Positions 49,748 to 50,327 of a stretch of DNA of 50,327 nucleotides are shown one piece after another (position 1 is the stretch's first letter; each line of letters opens with the position of its first letter). The DNA comes from Alphaproteobacteria bacterium (GTDB lineage: Bacteria > Pseudomonadota > Alphaproteobacteria > JACZXZ01): NCBI GenBank assembly GCA_035604475.1, contig DATNIJ010000048.1, positions 1 to 50,327 of the forward strand, read 5' to 3'. The notes beneath the pieces were generated by a model. The model saw only the letters and a list, made by a program, of their open reading frames with translations. It made no database searches and had not been told where the DNA came from. A program made the position numbers and the translations under genes.

Positions 49748-50327
49748 CTACGCGATGCGGTCGCCCTTCTTGACGTGGACCGCGCGGCTGTCCACCGCCG
49801 GCAGCATGCGCGCGGGGTCGCGCGTCACCATGACGTCGATCACGGTCGGGCGGCTTCGCTCGGCAATGCCGCGCCGAAGGGCGCCGCCGAGCTCGGCCGG
49901 GTCCTCGACCCTTATGCCGCGACATCCCATGGCCTCGGCGATGCGCGCATAATCCATCTCGACCAAGTCACTCGACTGGTAGCGCTCTCCGTACATCGCA
50001 TGCTGGAGCGCCTTGACGTAGCCCGAGGCTGCGTTGTTGACGACGACCGTCGTCAGGTTGGCGCCCGTGCGGCGCGCGGTCTCGAGCTCGCCGAGCGCCA
50101 TGTTGAAGCCGCCGTCGCCGCTCACGGCCACGACCGGCACCTCCGGGGCGGCAAGTGCTGCGCCGATCCCGCCGGGGAGTCCGTAGCCGATGGAGGCGAG
50201 ACCGCGGTCGGCGATGTAGCGCCGCCCGGGCGACTTCGTGTCGTAAAGCAGGCTGGTCCAATGGGCGGCGAAGCCGCCGTCGGCCACGAGGATGCTCTCC
50301 GCCGGCATCGCCTTGTTGAGCTCCGCC
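49748..50327 (-). CDS. Thiamine-diphosphate-dependent enzyme (acetolactate-synthase-like), C-terminal part; the gene runs off the window
   Basis: The ThDP-binding motif reads VVAVSGDGGFNMALGELETARRTGANLTTVVVNNAASG (GDG...NN). The ORF is open to the window edge. Confidence 0.8.
   Translation of the reverse strand, partial: AELNKAMPAESILVADGGFAAHWTSLLYDTKSPGRRYIADRGLASIGYGLPGGIGAALAAPEVPVVAVSGDGGFNMALGELETARRTGANLTTVVVNNAASGYVKALQHAMYGERYQSSDLVEMDYARIAEAMGCRGIRVEDPAELGGALRRGIAERSRPTVIDVMVTRDPARMLPAVDSRAVHVKKGDRIA

Overview
High-G+C window that looks like an alphaproteobacterial chromosome. The Hyphomicrobiales/Rhizobiales assignment is inferred from gene order only; no search was run. Four blocks are visible.

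(i) 0.2-12.2 kb: a methylated-amine/betaine-type catabolic locus. It holds a BHMT-like methyltransferase, an M24 hydrolase, a family-5 SBP with a peptide-type ABC importer, an HxD Fe(II)/2OG oxygenase and a DMGDH-like FAD/GcvT dehydrogenase.

(ii) 12.4-21.5 kb: housekeeping core, in the order ompA-like, murA, DUF2948, hisG, hisD, UPF0262, LMW-PTP, infA, maf, rng, yacG, ending at tRNA-Phe.

(iii) 21.5-25.1 kb: a visibly AT-richer island remnant directly 3' of tRNA-Phe. It carries an orphan 344-aa zinc-ribbon protein, a Phd/VapC toxin-antitoxin pair, a degenerate copy of the tRNA 3' end and an IS5-type transposase fragment. No integrase is present.

(iv) 25.1-49.7 kb: a signalling/redox region. 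Its centrepiece is a co-directional minus-strand array (47944 -> 30417):
- CHASE2 class-III nucleotide cyclase
- secreted protein
- NAD(P)H-flavin oxidoreductase fused to two cNMP-binding domains and a poly-[4Fe-4S] ferredoxin module
- His-rich 5-TM protein
- FHA-TM-decaheme cytochrome
- tandem GlcG/HbpS-like secreted protein
- outer-membrane beta-barrel candidate
- decaheme cytochrome fused to LVIVD repeats
- cNMP-binding patatin

I read this as a candidate cyclic-nucleotide-gated trans-envelope electron conduit that does not match the named porin-cytochrome systems I know. It is flanked by a pseudokinase-DUF4384 protein, a further multihaem cytochrome, a second patatin, and a decayed partial duplicate of the oxidoreductase gene plus its upstream region.

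No rRNA, CRISPR array or intact transposase/integrase was seen. Many long ORFs in the six-frame track are antisense shadows typical of high-GC DNA. All calls come from motif reading by eye. Start codons are best guesses and no database search was possible.
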